A stretch of DNA of 64,000 bases from Opitutaceae bacterium. Lineage in GTDB: Bacteria; Verrucomicrobiota; Verrucomicrobiia; Opitutales; Opitutaceae. The notes beneath the pieces are model-generated. The model was given only the letters and a program-made list of their open reading frames with translations. It did not search any database and was not told where the DNA came from. The stretch lies in contig PBMN01000025.1 of the NCBI GenBank assembly GCA_002722675.1, positions 47,267 through 111,266 of the forward strand, written 5' to 3'. Shown one piece after another: positions 52,057-62,061 of the stretch. The number at the start of each line of letters is the position of its first letter. Position 1 is the stretch's first letter. The position numbers and the translations under genes are program-made.

Positions 52057-53460
52057 CTAACGCGCATCCCAGAGATAACCAATCCCTGGGCTATTAGCAT
52101 CTTTCCATCCGTAAAACAGGAATAGATCGTCAAACTCACTCGTCAGTCCATCTGAGACGAACTGAATATTCTGATACCGCATTCCGGGCTTGGGAGTCAG
52201 GTCTTGTGCCTGTATCCAATCCTTACCACCATCGCTTGAAGTCCACTTCTCGACACGCTGGCCCCAGCCGTACTCGTCCATGTCTTCTTCGACAATCGAC
52301 TCCCCGCTTCCGGTAATCATATAGGCATGGAAAACACCCTGCCCATCCAATTGGAGGCAGCTTGCATTGAATGGGTGCAGCGTTTTGGTGATTCTTGTCT
52401 TCTGCCACTTACCTGCTCTGCGCTTTAAGAAGTAGAACGCGCTATCTAGCGGGGTATCCTCGGATACGGGTAGAAGAAAGTGAGGGCTATCATTCTCGTC
52501 CAAACAAATCGAGGGCCCCACCGCTGCCGGACGTTGATCCGTATCCCAGACCAAACATTGCTCATCCGCTATTTTCTTTCTCACAGGCAGCTCGATCTGC
52601 TCACCATCGATATTGTAGCCTTTGCCCGAAGGAAGGTCGACATAGAGATAGTATAGGTTGTAACGCTGTGTGTGGTCTCCTAAGAATTCATCATACCTCG
52701 TATTAAAAAGAGGGTCTTCAACTTTCCAAATGAACGCCACATGAAGTCGCTTTCCATCGGCGCTCACGGCAGTTGTGTTGTAGGATCCTGAATAAGCGGC
52801 GTGGTCCCCATCCTGCGGATCGGCCCCGAGGTTAACCACCGGATGACCGCCACCCTGCCAGCGATTTCCTCCGTTACGGGAGATATGATACTGCCAAAAT
52901 CCCAAGTGGCCTGAATAACGCGTATAGACAAGCGTCTTGCCATCGTAGATGCGATGAATCTTGGGATAGGAAATTGATTCAGAGAAATCGATTCCCCGCC
53001 GCCATTCGGTCGAATCGCCCGGCCTTTTAGAAACCAGGTGGATCCCCGTGGTGCGATGGCATCCAAAAAGCACATGCAAATATCCCTCGGGATCCGACCA
53101 GATGACAGGTGCAAAATGGTGGTCGCGCTTGTAGCGCTTTGCATCGATCTCGTCTTCATACCCTTGGATCAGAGAGACCGGTTCAGAAAATTCCCGCGTC
53201 TTCATATCGTAGCTAATGCAGTATGGGAAACCCTCGTCGCCTCGCCAAACGATATGCGTCTTGCCGCCTCCCGTAACTGCCAGCGGATACTGCCGATTGT
53301 CATAGAGCATTTTGAGGCCGCCATTTTCAGCAAAAGAGACTACTCTGGCCCCGTCCCCTGTAACAGCTCGCTTCGCAAACAAAAGGCAAAGCGCAACACA
53401 AACCATTTGGGCGAGCCTGATAAGAGGTGGTAAAGCCGGAATTGAGATTTTCATTTTCAA
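52057..53460 (-). CDS. BNR-4 repeat beta-propeller protein (secreted, sialidase/lyase-like)
   Basis: DHHFAP..D..GYLHV.FG.H, SYPK, Asp-boxes SRNGGNRW and SSDGGKDW. Confidence 0.75.
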   Translation of the reverse strand: MKMKISIPALPPLIRLAQMVCVALCLLFAKRAVTGDGARVVSFAENGGLKMLYDNRQYPLAVTGGGKTHIVWRGDEGFPYCISYDMKTREFSEPVSLIQGYEDEIDAKRYKRDHHFAPVIWSDPEGYLHVLFGCHRTTGIHLVSKRPGDSTEWRRGIDFSESISYPKIHRIYDGKTLVYTRYSGHLGFWQYHISRNGGNRWQGGGHPVVNLGADPQDGDHAAYSGSYNTTAVSADGKRLHVAFIWKVEDPLFNTRYDEFLGDHTQRYNLYYLYVDLPSGKGYNIDGEQIELPVRKKIADEQCLVWDTDQRPAAVGPSICLDENDSPHFLLPVSEDTPLDSAFYFLKRRAGKWQKTRITKTLHPFNASCLQLDGQGVFHAYMITGSGESIVEEDMDEYGWGQRVEKWTSSDGGKDWIQAQDLTPKPGMRYQNIQFVSDGLTSEFDDLFLFYGWKDANSPGIGYLWDAR

Positions 53461-53550
53461 TCTTCTTCGCTCTTTCGCTAAGTCACTTTTTGGAAATATC
53501 TTTGATTGCGTAACCTAGCGGGTTACCTCAGAAAGTCTAAAGAATTAAAG

Positions 53551-54063
53551 ATGCTCCGTGTATTTAGAAGAATTAGGCAATCTCTCATGAAAGCCAGCAG
53601 CTTCAAACCCTTTATTCTGTATGCCGTTGGTGATGTGATTCTAATTTTAGCCGGCGTACTCATCTCCTTCTCGCTCAACAATTCAAACAACTTTTGGGTT
53701 AAACGACTACAAAAGCAGCAAATCGCGGTTCGAATCAGCGGCGAGTTCAACGCTGGCATCAGTCGAACATCCAATTCTCAAGACGGGCTTCTTTACAAGA
53801 AAGACGCACTACGGTCCCTCGGCCCTTTCGCCCGAAGGAAGGTTATTGATGACAAAAGAAGCTTTCTTGAAGGCGTCATCCTCGCGTCCACCTTCGGCAG
53901 GGGATACCCTCCGTTAGAGCAAACAACATTTAGGGAACTTCTTAACAGCAGCCAGCTAGGTTTGATTCTCGACACCGAACTGAGACTACAGCTCGCCCCT
54001 TTTCTGCCACTTCGTAACCCAAAGCGAGGAGCGATCCAATCTGCGAATGGGTCAATTTCCTAG
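53551..54063 (+). pseudogene. DUF6090-like membrane protein, degenerate or truncated
   Basis: FRRIRQSL..LYAVGDVILILAGVLISFSLNN resembles the 'YAIGEI.LVVIGILIALQ.NNW' pattern with conserved residues lost; apparent 3' frameshift. Confidence 0.5.
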
Positions 54064-54165
54064 CGAAGCTCGATCCCCTTAGGCAACCCGGAATGCTATT
54101 AGAGCCCAACTTACCGATTAGCAGCTCCTCATTCTGAATTCTTATCTGGATACCTTTTTGAACAT

Positions 54166-55347
54166 ATGAAATACCGACGATTTGGGAAAACCGAACTTTC
54201 AATGCCCGTTATTTCCTGCGGGGGAATGCGTTACCAGCACAAATGGGACGATATTCCTTGGGGAGAAGTCCCTCGCGATGGACAGGAGAATATTGAGAAG
54301 ATATTGGCCCGAGCTCTCAAACTGGGCATCAATCACATTGAAACGGCCCGAGGATACGGAAGTTCGGAGATGCAGCTCGGCTTTGCCTTGAAGCATTTTC
54401 CTAGGGAATCCTACATTCTCCAGACCAAGGTTGCTCCTCATAAAGACCCAAAGGAGTTTCGTAAGGTCTTCGAGAAGTCCATGAAGTATTTGCAGCATGA
54501 CTACGTGGAACTGTTTAGCCTGCACGGCATCAACAATCGTGAACTGATGGAATGTGCTCTCCGTCCCGGAGGTTGTCTCCAGGAAGCCTACAAGCTCAAG
54601 GAGGAGGGCCGGGTCAAAAATATCGGATTTTCAACCCATGCTTCCAATGAGGAAATAACCGAACTCATCGAGCGGGGGAATTTCGACTACGTAAACCTTC
54701 ACTGGTACCTTATTGCCCAACTCAATGGACCCTCCATCGAAGCGGCCTCCAAAAAGGATATGGGGGTTTTCATCATAAGTCCCAATGACAAAGGCGGTAG
54801 GCTCTACAATCCCCCTCAGAAGATTGTCGACCTATGCGACCCGCTCGAGCCCATGGCGTTCAACGACCTCTTTTGCTGGGCCAACCCACATGTGCACACA
54901 ATCAGCTGCGGAGCCGCACGTCCTTCAGATTTCGATACACATGTAAAAGCTTTGGAACACTACGACGAGGCGAAAGACGTAATCGCTTCCACCCTCGAGA
55001 AAATCTACGCGGAAGTTGCCCGTGTTGGTGGCCCCGACTGGCATGACACCTGGCACACCGGTCTGCCCGAATGGGATACGGTTCCCGGTGAGATTAACGT
55101 AAAAGACGTGGTCCGTCTTTGGACTTGGGCGAAGGCCCTCGATCTAAACGACTTCGCTAAGTGGCGTTACAACATGCTTGGCACTGCCGATCACTGGTTC
55201 CCCGGGCATATCGTAAAAGACTACGATGAAAAGAAGATGCATGAAGCCCTCCGGAATAGTCCACACGCCGAAAAAATTTCCAATATACTCAAAGAATCTC
55301 GTATCCTATTTGAAGATACACCTCTCCCACGGCTCAGTAAAAGCTGA
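54166..55347 (+). CDS. Aldo/keto reductase family oxidoreductase
   Basis: YRRFGKTEL, INHIETARGYGSSE, LQTK, IGFSTH. Confidence 0.9.
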   Translation: MKYRRFGKTELSMPVISCGGMRYQHKWDDIPWGEVPRDGQENIEKILARALKLGINHIETARGYGSSEMQLGFALKHFPRESYILQTKVAPHKDPKEFRKVFEKSMKYLQHDYVELFSLHGINNRELMECALRPGGCLQEAYKLKEEGRVKNIGFSTHASNEEITELIERGNFDYVNLHWYLIAQLNGPSIEAASKKDMGVFIISPNDKGGRLYNPPQKIVDLCDPLEPMAFNDLFCWANPHVHTISCGAARPSDFDTHVKALEHYDEAKDVIASTLEKIYAEVARVGGPDWHDTWHTGLPEWDTVPGEINVKDVVRLWTWAKALDLNDFAKWRYNMLGTADHWFPGHIVKDYDEKKMHEALRNSPHAEKISNILKESRILFEDTPLPRLSKS

Positions 55348-55380
55348 CAACCGCTTCTGTCGCACCCCAATCTTCCCAAT

Positions 55381-55531
55381 ATGAAAACACCTGAGCTTTT
55401 AAACCAAGCTGCAACGCTTAGCGAATCGATAGACACCGACTACCAGGAAAACCCAAAGGACTTGTTCATTCAATTTCAGTAGAATCCAGAACTGTCCTTT
55501 GTGGAATTCGAGAAGGCCAAAATAGATCAGT
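55381..55531 (+). pseudogene. M20 amidohydrolase N-terminal remnant
   Basis: DLFIQFQ*NPELSFVEFEKAK matches the M20 'H.NPELS..E..T' start; stops in frame. Confidence 0.6.
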
Positions 55532-55583
55532 AGATATTAGAAGACACCTATCTAAAACTCTAGGTGCAGGAATCTCACTTGTA

Positions 55584-56071
55584 TCAGCTTTTCTCCCACA
55601 GCTTTCCCAGCCACAGAACGAAGTTCAACCCGGAGTATTCATTATTCAGCCTCCCACACTTAAAAATCTGGGTTTCGAATGGTACATTGATGGCGACGAG
55701 AACCGCAATGCTACCGTAAAGGTGGAATATCGAATCGCGGGATCGGGAGGCAGTTGGACAATGGGAATGCCCCTCCTTAGCATTGGAGGAGAAATTTGTT
55801 AGCCGGAAGCATTCTGGATCTCGAAAAAGCGATTCAGGGGCCGGTAGGTACACCTTTAGCTTAAGTGTCTGGCCGATTATATCACGGCATCGGTCTTAAC
55901 TTCAAACTCAACCACGAAGAAGAGGCAGTCGATGCAGAGGTCGTAATCCCCAACGTAAGTGACAAATTCAACGGAAAAGCTCCCGATTTGAGGGCATCGA
56001 AGTCGGTCGTCCTTAAGTCGTCTACGGAGAACGCCACCCTGATCCAATCCAAGAATTATATCGCTGATTAG
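55584..56071 (+). pseudogene. Internally deleted secreted beta-helix-type protein
   Basis: N-terminal PPTLKNLGFEWYIDGDENRNATVKVEYR..W..GMPLL sits right next to C-terminal FKL...AVDA.VVIPNV.D.FNGKAPDL. Confidence 0.6.
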
Positions 56072-56237
56072 CGATTAAAATACTAGAAAGGCATAAGTCC
56101 GATCATGCGGGTCGACCTAGCAGCTTCACTCGCCCGCTCTCTTCCGCATCGCTACCCAAATTGATTCCGTGGCTCTTCAGTAACCCAAATTAGCTATGCC
56201 AATAAATCGACTATTGCCGAATCACGGGCCCAGGTTG

Positions 56238-56399
56238 TTAAATCGCCTGACGTAAATACGTGCTCGCTCCGTTTTAGCTGTAATTAGCCTCAAGGCTATT
56301 AGCTCGGGCTTGATTAATCGCCACTCGTGCCTGCAAGACATCCACCAGCGTGCCATCTCCAGCATCATAGCGACCCTCTTCAAGGCTGAGTCCCTCCCT
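56238..56399 (-). pseudogene. TolC-family outer-membrane efflux protein, C-terminal remnant
   Basis: REGLSLEEGRYDAGDGTLVDVLQARVAINQARANSLEANYS*NGASTYLRQAI*. Confidence 0.7.
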
Positions 56400-56730
56400 T
56401 AGCTTGCTTGGGAACCTTATTAGGCCCAATATTACACAAGAGTAGCGAATGACGCAAAACAGACCTAGATCCTCGCGGGTACAGGAACCATTTCAGCCGC
56501 TGTTGCAGTCTGCAAACCTAACTGAAACAGCCTGCTTCTAATTCTTTGATCTTCAGAGGGGAGTGGTCTTCGGTTACCGACTCAGAGAAGTTATCCTGCA
56601 AGAATATCGACAACCAAGTAACTCATTAGAGCGACTGACCATATTCCCAGTATGCCCGGCGATAATACGAGTACATTGACACTACACTAAACCGAAGGCT
56701 GCACTTAATAATCGGAGATATACTTACTTT

Positions 56731-56803
56731 TTGAGCTATTTATTTTACTTATTGGCTCAATTTTTTATTTAATCTGAGTTATTTTTGCTATGTAAATAGC
56801 TCA
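56731..56803. promoter_or_regulatory. Twin inverted repeats TGAG(C/T)TATT...AT(A/T)(G)GCTCA; the second ends on the A of the fic ATG
   Basis: 56732-56759 tgagctatt...attggctca and 56775-56803 tgagttattt...aaatagctca. Confidence 0.6.
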
Positions 56804-57897
56804 TGCTCTATAACTGGCAATGGTCTAATTGGCCAAATTTCGCGTTCGAGCTTCGGGAAATGGAGTCCGACCTGCTCCTAATCTCTGACAAAGCAGGCCA
56901 AATCGATGGCCTGCTGAGAGGGCTTCCAGAAGAAGAGCGAAACGACGCTCTGACACGGATAATGTGTCTCGAGGCACACAAAACCTCAGCGATAGCGGGC
57001 GAGTTCCTCCGCTACTCGGACATCTCATCATCGTTTCGCAATCTCCTGGGTATGAACAAACAGCTGGAGGAGGTCAGAAGCCGAACCGCTGAAGGGATCA
57101 CTGAACTGCTGCTCACGACCGGTACCAAATGGGATCACCCACTGTCAGAAGATAGCTTGCTCGCTTGGCACCACATATTGATGAGAGGTAGCAATCGCCT
57201 CGATTCGGGAAGTTGGCGAGCTGGAGATTATCCAAAGCTCATCTTTTCCAATCCATTTGGGAAAGCAAAGATCCAGTTTGAAGCACCCCCCTCCGATCAA
57301 TTGCCAAACAGGATGAAACAGTTTATCGACTGGTTCAATCACAGCAGAAACACTATCCTAAACCCTCCGGTACGATCAGCCCTCTCCCACCTCTATTTTG
57401 AGTCGATTCTCCCCTTTGAAGACGGTAACGGGAGAATCGGTAGAGTTATTGCGGACATCGCATTATCCCAAGGACACGGTAGATCGATACCTATCAGTCT
57501 ATCCGAGACGATAGAATCCAACAAAAACAGCTACTACGAAGCATTGAGAGAAGCCCGGCAAACCTACGAAGTAACTCCCTGGATACAATTCTTCCTCTCA
57601 CTCATTCTAAAATCGCAAAAACGGACCGAGGATCATGTCGAACTTGTGCTGCAAAAAACACGATACCTTACCCGGCACCGCGATCACCTCAACAAACGGC
57701 AAGGGATTGTAATAACCGGCATCCTCGACAACGGTCCAGACTGTATTAAGGAAGGACTAACCGCCCGCTCCTACATGAGTCTTACAGACGCCTCAAAGGC
57801 AACAGCGACGCGCGACCTACGAGACCTCGTCCAAAAAGAGGCCCTAATCCTCATTGGCAGCGGTCGTGGCGCACACTATGCCTTGATTTTAGATTAG
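56803..57897 (+). CDS. Fic family protein (DUF4172 + Fic + C-terminal HTH) with degenerate active site
   Basis: YNWQ..NWP.F start, LPFEDGNGRIGR in place of HPFxxGNGR, SKATATRDL HTH. Confidence 0.9.
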   Translation: MLYNWQWSNWPNFAFELREMESDLLLISDKAGQIDGLLRGLPEEERNDALTRIMCLEAHKTSAIAGEFLRYSDISSSFRNLLGMNKQLEEVRSRTAEGITELLLTTGTKWDHPLSEDSLLAWHHILMRGSNRLDSGSWRAGDYPKLIFSNPFGKAKIQFEAPPSDQLPNRMKQFIDWFNHSRNTILNPPVRSALSHLYFESILPFEDGNGRIGRVIADIALSQGHGRSIPISLSETIESNKNSYYEALREARQTYEVTPWIQFFLSLILKSQKRTEDHVELVLQKTRYLTRHRDHLNKRQGIVITGILDNGPDCIKEGLTARSYMSLTDASKATATRDLRDLVQKEALILIGSGRGAHYALILD

Positions 57898-58298
57898 ATT
57901 CATGGAGCAAAATAGGGAATTAGGCATCTTTTGTCAAAATTAGGCCGTTTTCAATAACGTCGCTAAGCGCTTAAATTCTTGCTAGGATTGGCTTCCCTGC
58001 TCAAAATTAACCATTGACCAAGTGCGTCGGGATTACTTCTCGTGCCGCTAGTAGGGTAGCCCCTCGATCATAGCTGTTCAAGGTTGAGAAGGACCTTAAT
58101 CATGCCCGCCGGGCGCCGTTTAGAGCCTCTATCTTTTTGATTCAAGTAACTGGTTTAAAGCTACTTAGTTTAAATCGAAAAATCGCTTGTAAGCCCCTCC
58201 CCGTGTTTTTCAACCTGAAACCGACTCCTTTCCCAAAGTAGCTTCAAACCAAAACTCTTCGAGGGATGAAATGTATATAAAATTCTCGCTTATCCACG

Positions 58299-58315
58299 TT
58301 GGCCTAAAAATTGCT
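58299..58315 (+). promoter_or_regulatory. Sigma54 -24/-12 promoter
   Basis: TTGGCCTAAAAATTGCT = TGGC-N7-TTGCT, about 60 bp upstream of the porin ATG. Confidence 0.7.
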
Positions 58316-58375
58316 TGAAGACTCGTGGCTAAATTTTTAAAGCCCAACTTAAAAGTATAAAACTAAGAACAAAAA

Positions 58376-59038
58376 ATGATCAGAAAATCCATTAATCTAG
58401 CTACCGCATTTATCGCGGCATGCACCATGATATCCGTAGTGAAAGCTGGAGTGTCCGGTAATATCGCCATTCAATCCGACTACGTTTGGAGAGGTTATTC
58501 GCAGAATCTCGAAGATCCATCCGTCCAAGGTGGTTTCGACTATGAGGACGCATCAGGTTTCTACGCAGGCGTCTGGGGTGCCAGTGTGGATTTTGGTGCT
58601 ACTGAGGTTGCTCCAGGAGAGTATGATTCAGGTCCAAGCACCGAAGGTGATATCTACATCGGTTTCGCTAATGAAACCGAAGGCGGATTTAGTTACGATG
58701 TAGGAATTATAGAATACACCTACCACGGTGGATCGGGTGCCAGCGACGCCAACTTTACGGAATACTACCTCGGCGGTGGTATTGCCGGTTTTAGCCTCAC
58801 CTACTCTATCGGAGACGAGTTCGGCGACAACATCGAGGTGGGTTACGGCTTTGATATCGAAGGAGTGTCGATTGGTGCGGCTTATGGTGACTACGATGAC
58901 GCCTGGACTTACTGGACAGTCGGTGTGTCAGGAGAGATCGAAGGCATCGGATGGGACTTTTCCTACTGGGATACCGATCTTGACGATGACCCGATGGGAG
59001 ATGGCAGACTCGTCTTTACGATTTCAAAGTCGCTCTAG
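58376..59038 (+). CDS. TorF / Gcw_chp family putative outer-membrane porin
   Basis: SDYVWRGYSQ..P.VQGGFDY..GFYAGVW; beta-barrel-like C-terminus; signal peptide. Confidence 0.88.
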   Translation: MIRKSINLATAFIAACTMISVVKAGVSGNIAIQSDYVWRGYSQNLEDPSVQGGFDYEDASGFYAGVWGASVDFGATEVAPGEYDSGPSTEGDIYIGFANETEGGFSYDVGIIEYTYHGGSGASDANFTEYYLGGGIAGFSLTYSIGDEFGDNIEVGYGFDIEGVSIGAAYGDYDDAWTYWTVGVSGEIEGIGWDFSYWDTDLDDDPMGDGRLVFTISKSL

Positions 59039-59072
59039 GTTTTATAGTAACGAGACCACTTGATTTCGACTC

Positions 59073-59103
59073 GAGGCCGCACCTGTTGCGGCCTTTTTTT
59101 TTT
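59073..59103 (+). terminator. Rho-independent terminator
   Basis: AGGCCGCA-cctgt-TGCGGCCT followed by a long T run. Confidence 0.88.
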
Positions 59104-59247
59104 GCTAGGGCCGAGGCCTTTCTGCATCCACTGAGTCCGTGTTTTAGCGATTGCTGGGACAGGGATTCGTGCGTGTCCAGCCCAACTTTTCCAGTTACTT
59201 CACCGTCCGTTGCACTGAAACTGGAAACGATTCAAATTTCTTTTAAG

Positions 59248-60159
59248 ATGGACTCTCAGATGAGGCCCTTAAGCCGCGGCTCGTACGCATCCAAACTGAT
59301 TTGCCTGTTCAGTGTAGCAATCGCATTGCTCTATCCAATTTCGCTAAATGCGGCCAATCAAGTGGTCATCAATGCCCAAGCCCTCCAAGAATTCTCTATC
59401 GCAAGCGAAAACGACGACTCAAGCCAGCCGACGACCTACGCTTTCATGAAAGGGAAATTTCACGGGGGCAATCGTGCGGATCCCGCCATGGATGACTTCC
59501 CCTTTGACGAGGTCCTGCTGGACCTTTCTACGCACCTGCAAAAACAGAATTTCAAAGGAGTCCCAGATCCCAACGGAGCCAAACTTGTAATTGTAGTCCA
59601 CTACGGCGTCACCTCCATCCAAGAGAGTAACGAAGCCCTTCTCGGTTACGACTCACTTGAAGACTACGAGTTTTCAGATGGAGCAGCCAATTCAGGATCA
59701 AGTGGAGGCGTGAATCTCAACGAGCTTAACGGTATCCAGGACATGCAATTCCAAATCAATGTGGAAAATGCCATCAATGAAGGTCAACAAGGCGGAGCCT
59801 TCTACACTGCCCGCCTCCTAGGAATGGGAAAAGCCTACGTTGGCCCCATCTCCCCTCGAGAAGAATTGGAACTTAAAAATCTGCTCAGCGATCGGCGGTA
59901 TTTTATGGTGCTGATGGCTTACGATCTACCGCTCATGAGGCAAAGCGAACTCGTACTGCATTGGACAACTCGATACAGCGTCCGAGCCATCGGTCAGAGC
60001 TTCGACCAAGCCATAAAAGACATGAACCTAGTGGCCGGCAACTACTTCGGCAAGAACATGGGTGACCTGGTCAAGAAACGCGTCACCGACAAGTCCCGCG
60101 TGGAACTCGGTAAGATTGAGGTCATTGGAACCGAAGAGATTACTGATTCCAAGAAATAG
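59248..60159 (+). CDS. Exported hypothetical protein (DUF4136-like, Opitutae-type)
   Basis: Signal peptide, long open frame; LVIVVHYG, RYFMVLMAYD, LHW pattern. Confidence 0.65.
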   Translation: MDSQMRPLSRGSYASKLICLFSVAIALLYPISLNAANQVVINAQALQEFSIASENDDSSQPTTYAFMKGKFHGGNRADPAMDDFPFDEVLLDLSTHLQKQNFKGVPDPNGAKLVIVVHYGVTSIQESNEALLGYDSLEDYEFSDGAANSGSSGGVNLNELNGIQDMQFQINVENAINEGQQGGAFYTARLLGMGKAYVGPISPREELELKNLLSDRRYFMVLMAYDLPLMRQSELVLHWTTRYSVRAIGQSFDQAIKDMNLVAGNYFGKNMGDLVKKRVTDKSRVELGKIEVIGTEEITDSKK

Positions 60160-60413
60160 CCCCCAGCTAACCCGCGATAGCGAGGAATTTCAAGAAATTG
60201 AATATACAAGTCGGGTCGCCTCGTACCAACATGGATCAAAGTTGAAGCAAGACCTCCGGGCTTGCTTTGAAAGTGGTCGCTCGGATAACTCCAACTACCA
60301 AAGGCAGTAAAGAGGTCTTTGACAAGTTTCGAAGCATTACCTGAAGGACACAAAGCAGCTCCTGCGACAAAGAATAATGCACTGCCGGAGGAGCTATTCG
60401 TTCCTCCCTACCC

Positions 60414-61910
60414 TCAATAGTCCCCTCCAGTCAGGCTGTTTAAAACCGAATCCTGCCATTCACGCAGTTCTCTCTGAAGCCGTTCCAAGAGCTTCGGGTG
60501 CTTCCCGGCAACATTCGTCTTTTCGAAAGGATCCGCTAGAATATCAAACAACTCCAAGGTCGTGCCCTTCTTACCTTCGATCACGAGTTTGTATCGATTT
60601 CCCAACAACGTTCTCGGTCCGCCATAGTCTGATTTCCGGATCTTAGGATGCTTCAGGTTTCTGAATGTCCTCGTATACTTGCCATCCATTTTCTTCTTCA
60701 AGGGAGTCGTCCCCTCCTGGAGTGTGGGCTCTATGTACGGTGCTCGCTTAACTGAAGTCTCCGCTCCGGTATCGTATGACCAGAAGAAGATCGGCTTTGG
60801 ACGCCGTGACATCTCATCTTTCAAAAGCGGTGTTAAGTCGATCCCGTCAATGGGACGATCTGGCAGCGATTGTCCCGTCAAAGCACAAAGTGTTGGCAGG
60901 ATATCGCTCGTTACCGCATGCACTTGAGAAATGCGATTCCCTGAGATTTTCTGCGGCCACTCGATTACACCCGGAACGCGGACCCCACCTTCGTAAACAT
61001 CTCCTTTAAGGCCATGAAATGGATTGGTCATATTTCCACTCGCCGGAGTACCGTTGTCTCCGCAATACCAAACAATAGTATTTTCACGCAGCCCCTTTTC
61101 GTTGAGCGAGTCTCGCAGCTTGCCAATCGCACGATCCATCGCGGTTATCTCCGCATATCGCTCCTGAAGTACATCTCTAAAAGGGCGCGTGGTCCTCTCG
61201 CCTGTTTCGACGCTGGTGAGCGAGACTGACCTCTCCGAATAGTCCATTGGAAGATCTTCGTACAAAGTCAAGTCCTCGGGAAGAGCCATATAGGGCTCGT
61301 GGGGAGAACCAAACCAAACCACCGCCATGAACGGCTGGTGATTCTTCTCGATCTCTCCAATAAAGCGTAACGCCTCATCAATGACAACTTCCGAGCTCTC
61401 ACCTGGATACATTTTGGGAGGGCCGCCGTTTTTTGAGAGAATCGGATCGAGCTCGAAAAAATTGTCGTGCGATACCCATTCATCGAAACCCATGGCCCCC
61501 GGGCTGGTGGGGGACTCTTCCTTTACCGGTCCGACGTGCCACTTCCCAAAGTGGGCCGTACGGTATCCTGCCTTTTTCATTACATGGCCGATCGTGATCT
61601 CTTCTGGGCGGATAGACCAGTTCGGGGCAAACGTGCCGTATCGATTTGGGTGCCGACCCGTTAGAAAGCTGCCTCGAGTGGGCGAACAGGATGGGTGCCC
61701 CGAATAGAAGCGATCCATACGCAAACCTGTAGCGGCCATCTCGTCGAGAGTGGGCGTCTTTAAATGAGGGTGACCATTATAAGCAACTTCGTCCCACCCA
61801 TGATCGTCGCCCATCAGGAGAAGGATATTAGGCATCTCGCCTGCTCCTAAACGAGCAATCGAGGCAATGAGAAATAGAGGAAGAAGATAGGTCGGGGTGA
61901 GAAGCTTCAT
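60414..61910 (-). CDS. Sulfatase (formylglycine-dependent, S1)
   Basis: PNILLLMGDD, CSPTRGSFLTGR, GKWH, DNG, YEGGVRVP; signal peptide. Confidence 0.95.
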   Translation of the reverse strand: MKLLTPTYLLPLFLIASIARLGAGEMPNILLLMGDDHGWDEVAYNGHPHLKTPTLDEMAATGLRMDRFYSGHPSCSPTRGSFLTGRHPNRYGTFAPNWSIRPEEITIGHVMKKAGYRTAHFGKWHVGPVKEESPTSPGAMGFDEWVSHDNFFELDPILSKNGGPPKMYPGESSEVVIDEALRFIGEIEKNHQPFMAVVWFGSPHEPYMALPEDLTLYEDLPMDYSERSVSLTSVETGERTTRPFRDVLQERYAEITAMDRAIGKLRDSLNEKGLRENTIVWYCGDNGTPASGNMTNPFHGLKGDVYEGGVRVPGVIEWPQKISGNRISQVHAVTSDILPTLCALTGQSLPDRPIDGIDLTPLLKDEMSRRPKPIFFWSYDTGAETSVKRAPYIEPTLQEGTTPLKKKMDGKYTRTFRNLKHPKIRKSDYGGPRTLLGNRYKLVIEGKKGTTLELFDILADPFEKTNVAGKHPKLLERLQRELREWQDSVLNSLTGGDY

Positions 61911-62061
61911 ATCCTTGAGGTTGGAATAACTTCCAATTTTTTCAATCCACAAAGCCAAATTCTTGCGAGAACCTAGGCTGGTGGTCGAATCAGCCTCGAC
62001 AACAGCAGGAAAACTAGCACTCTCTATAGCATATTGCTTTCAAGAACAGCAAACGTCGCGA

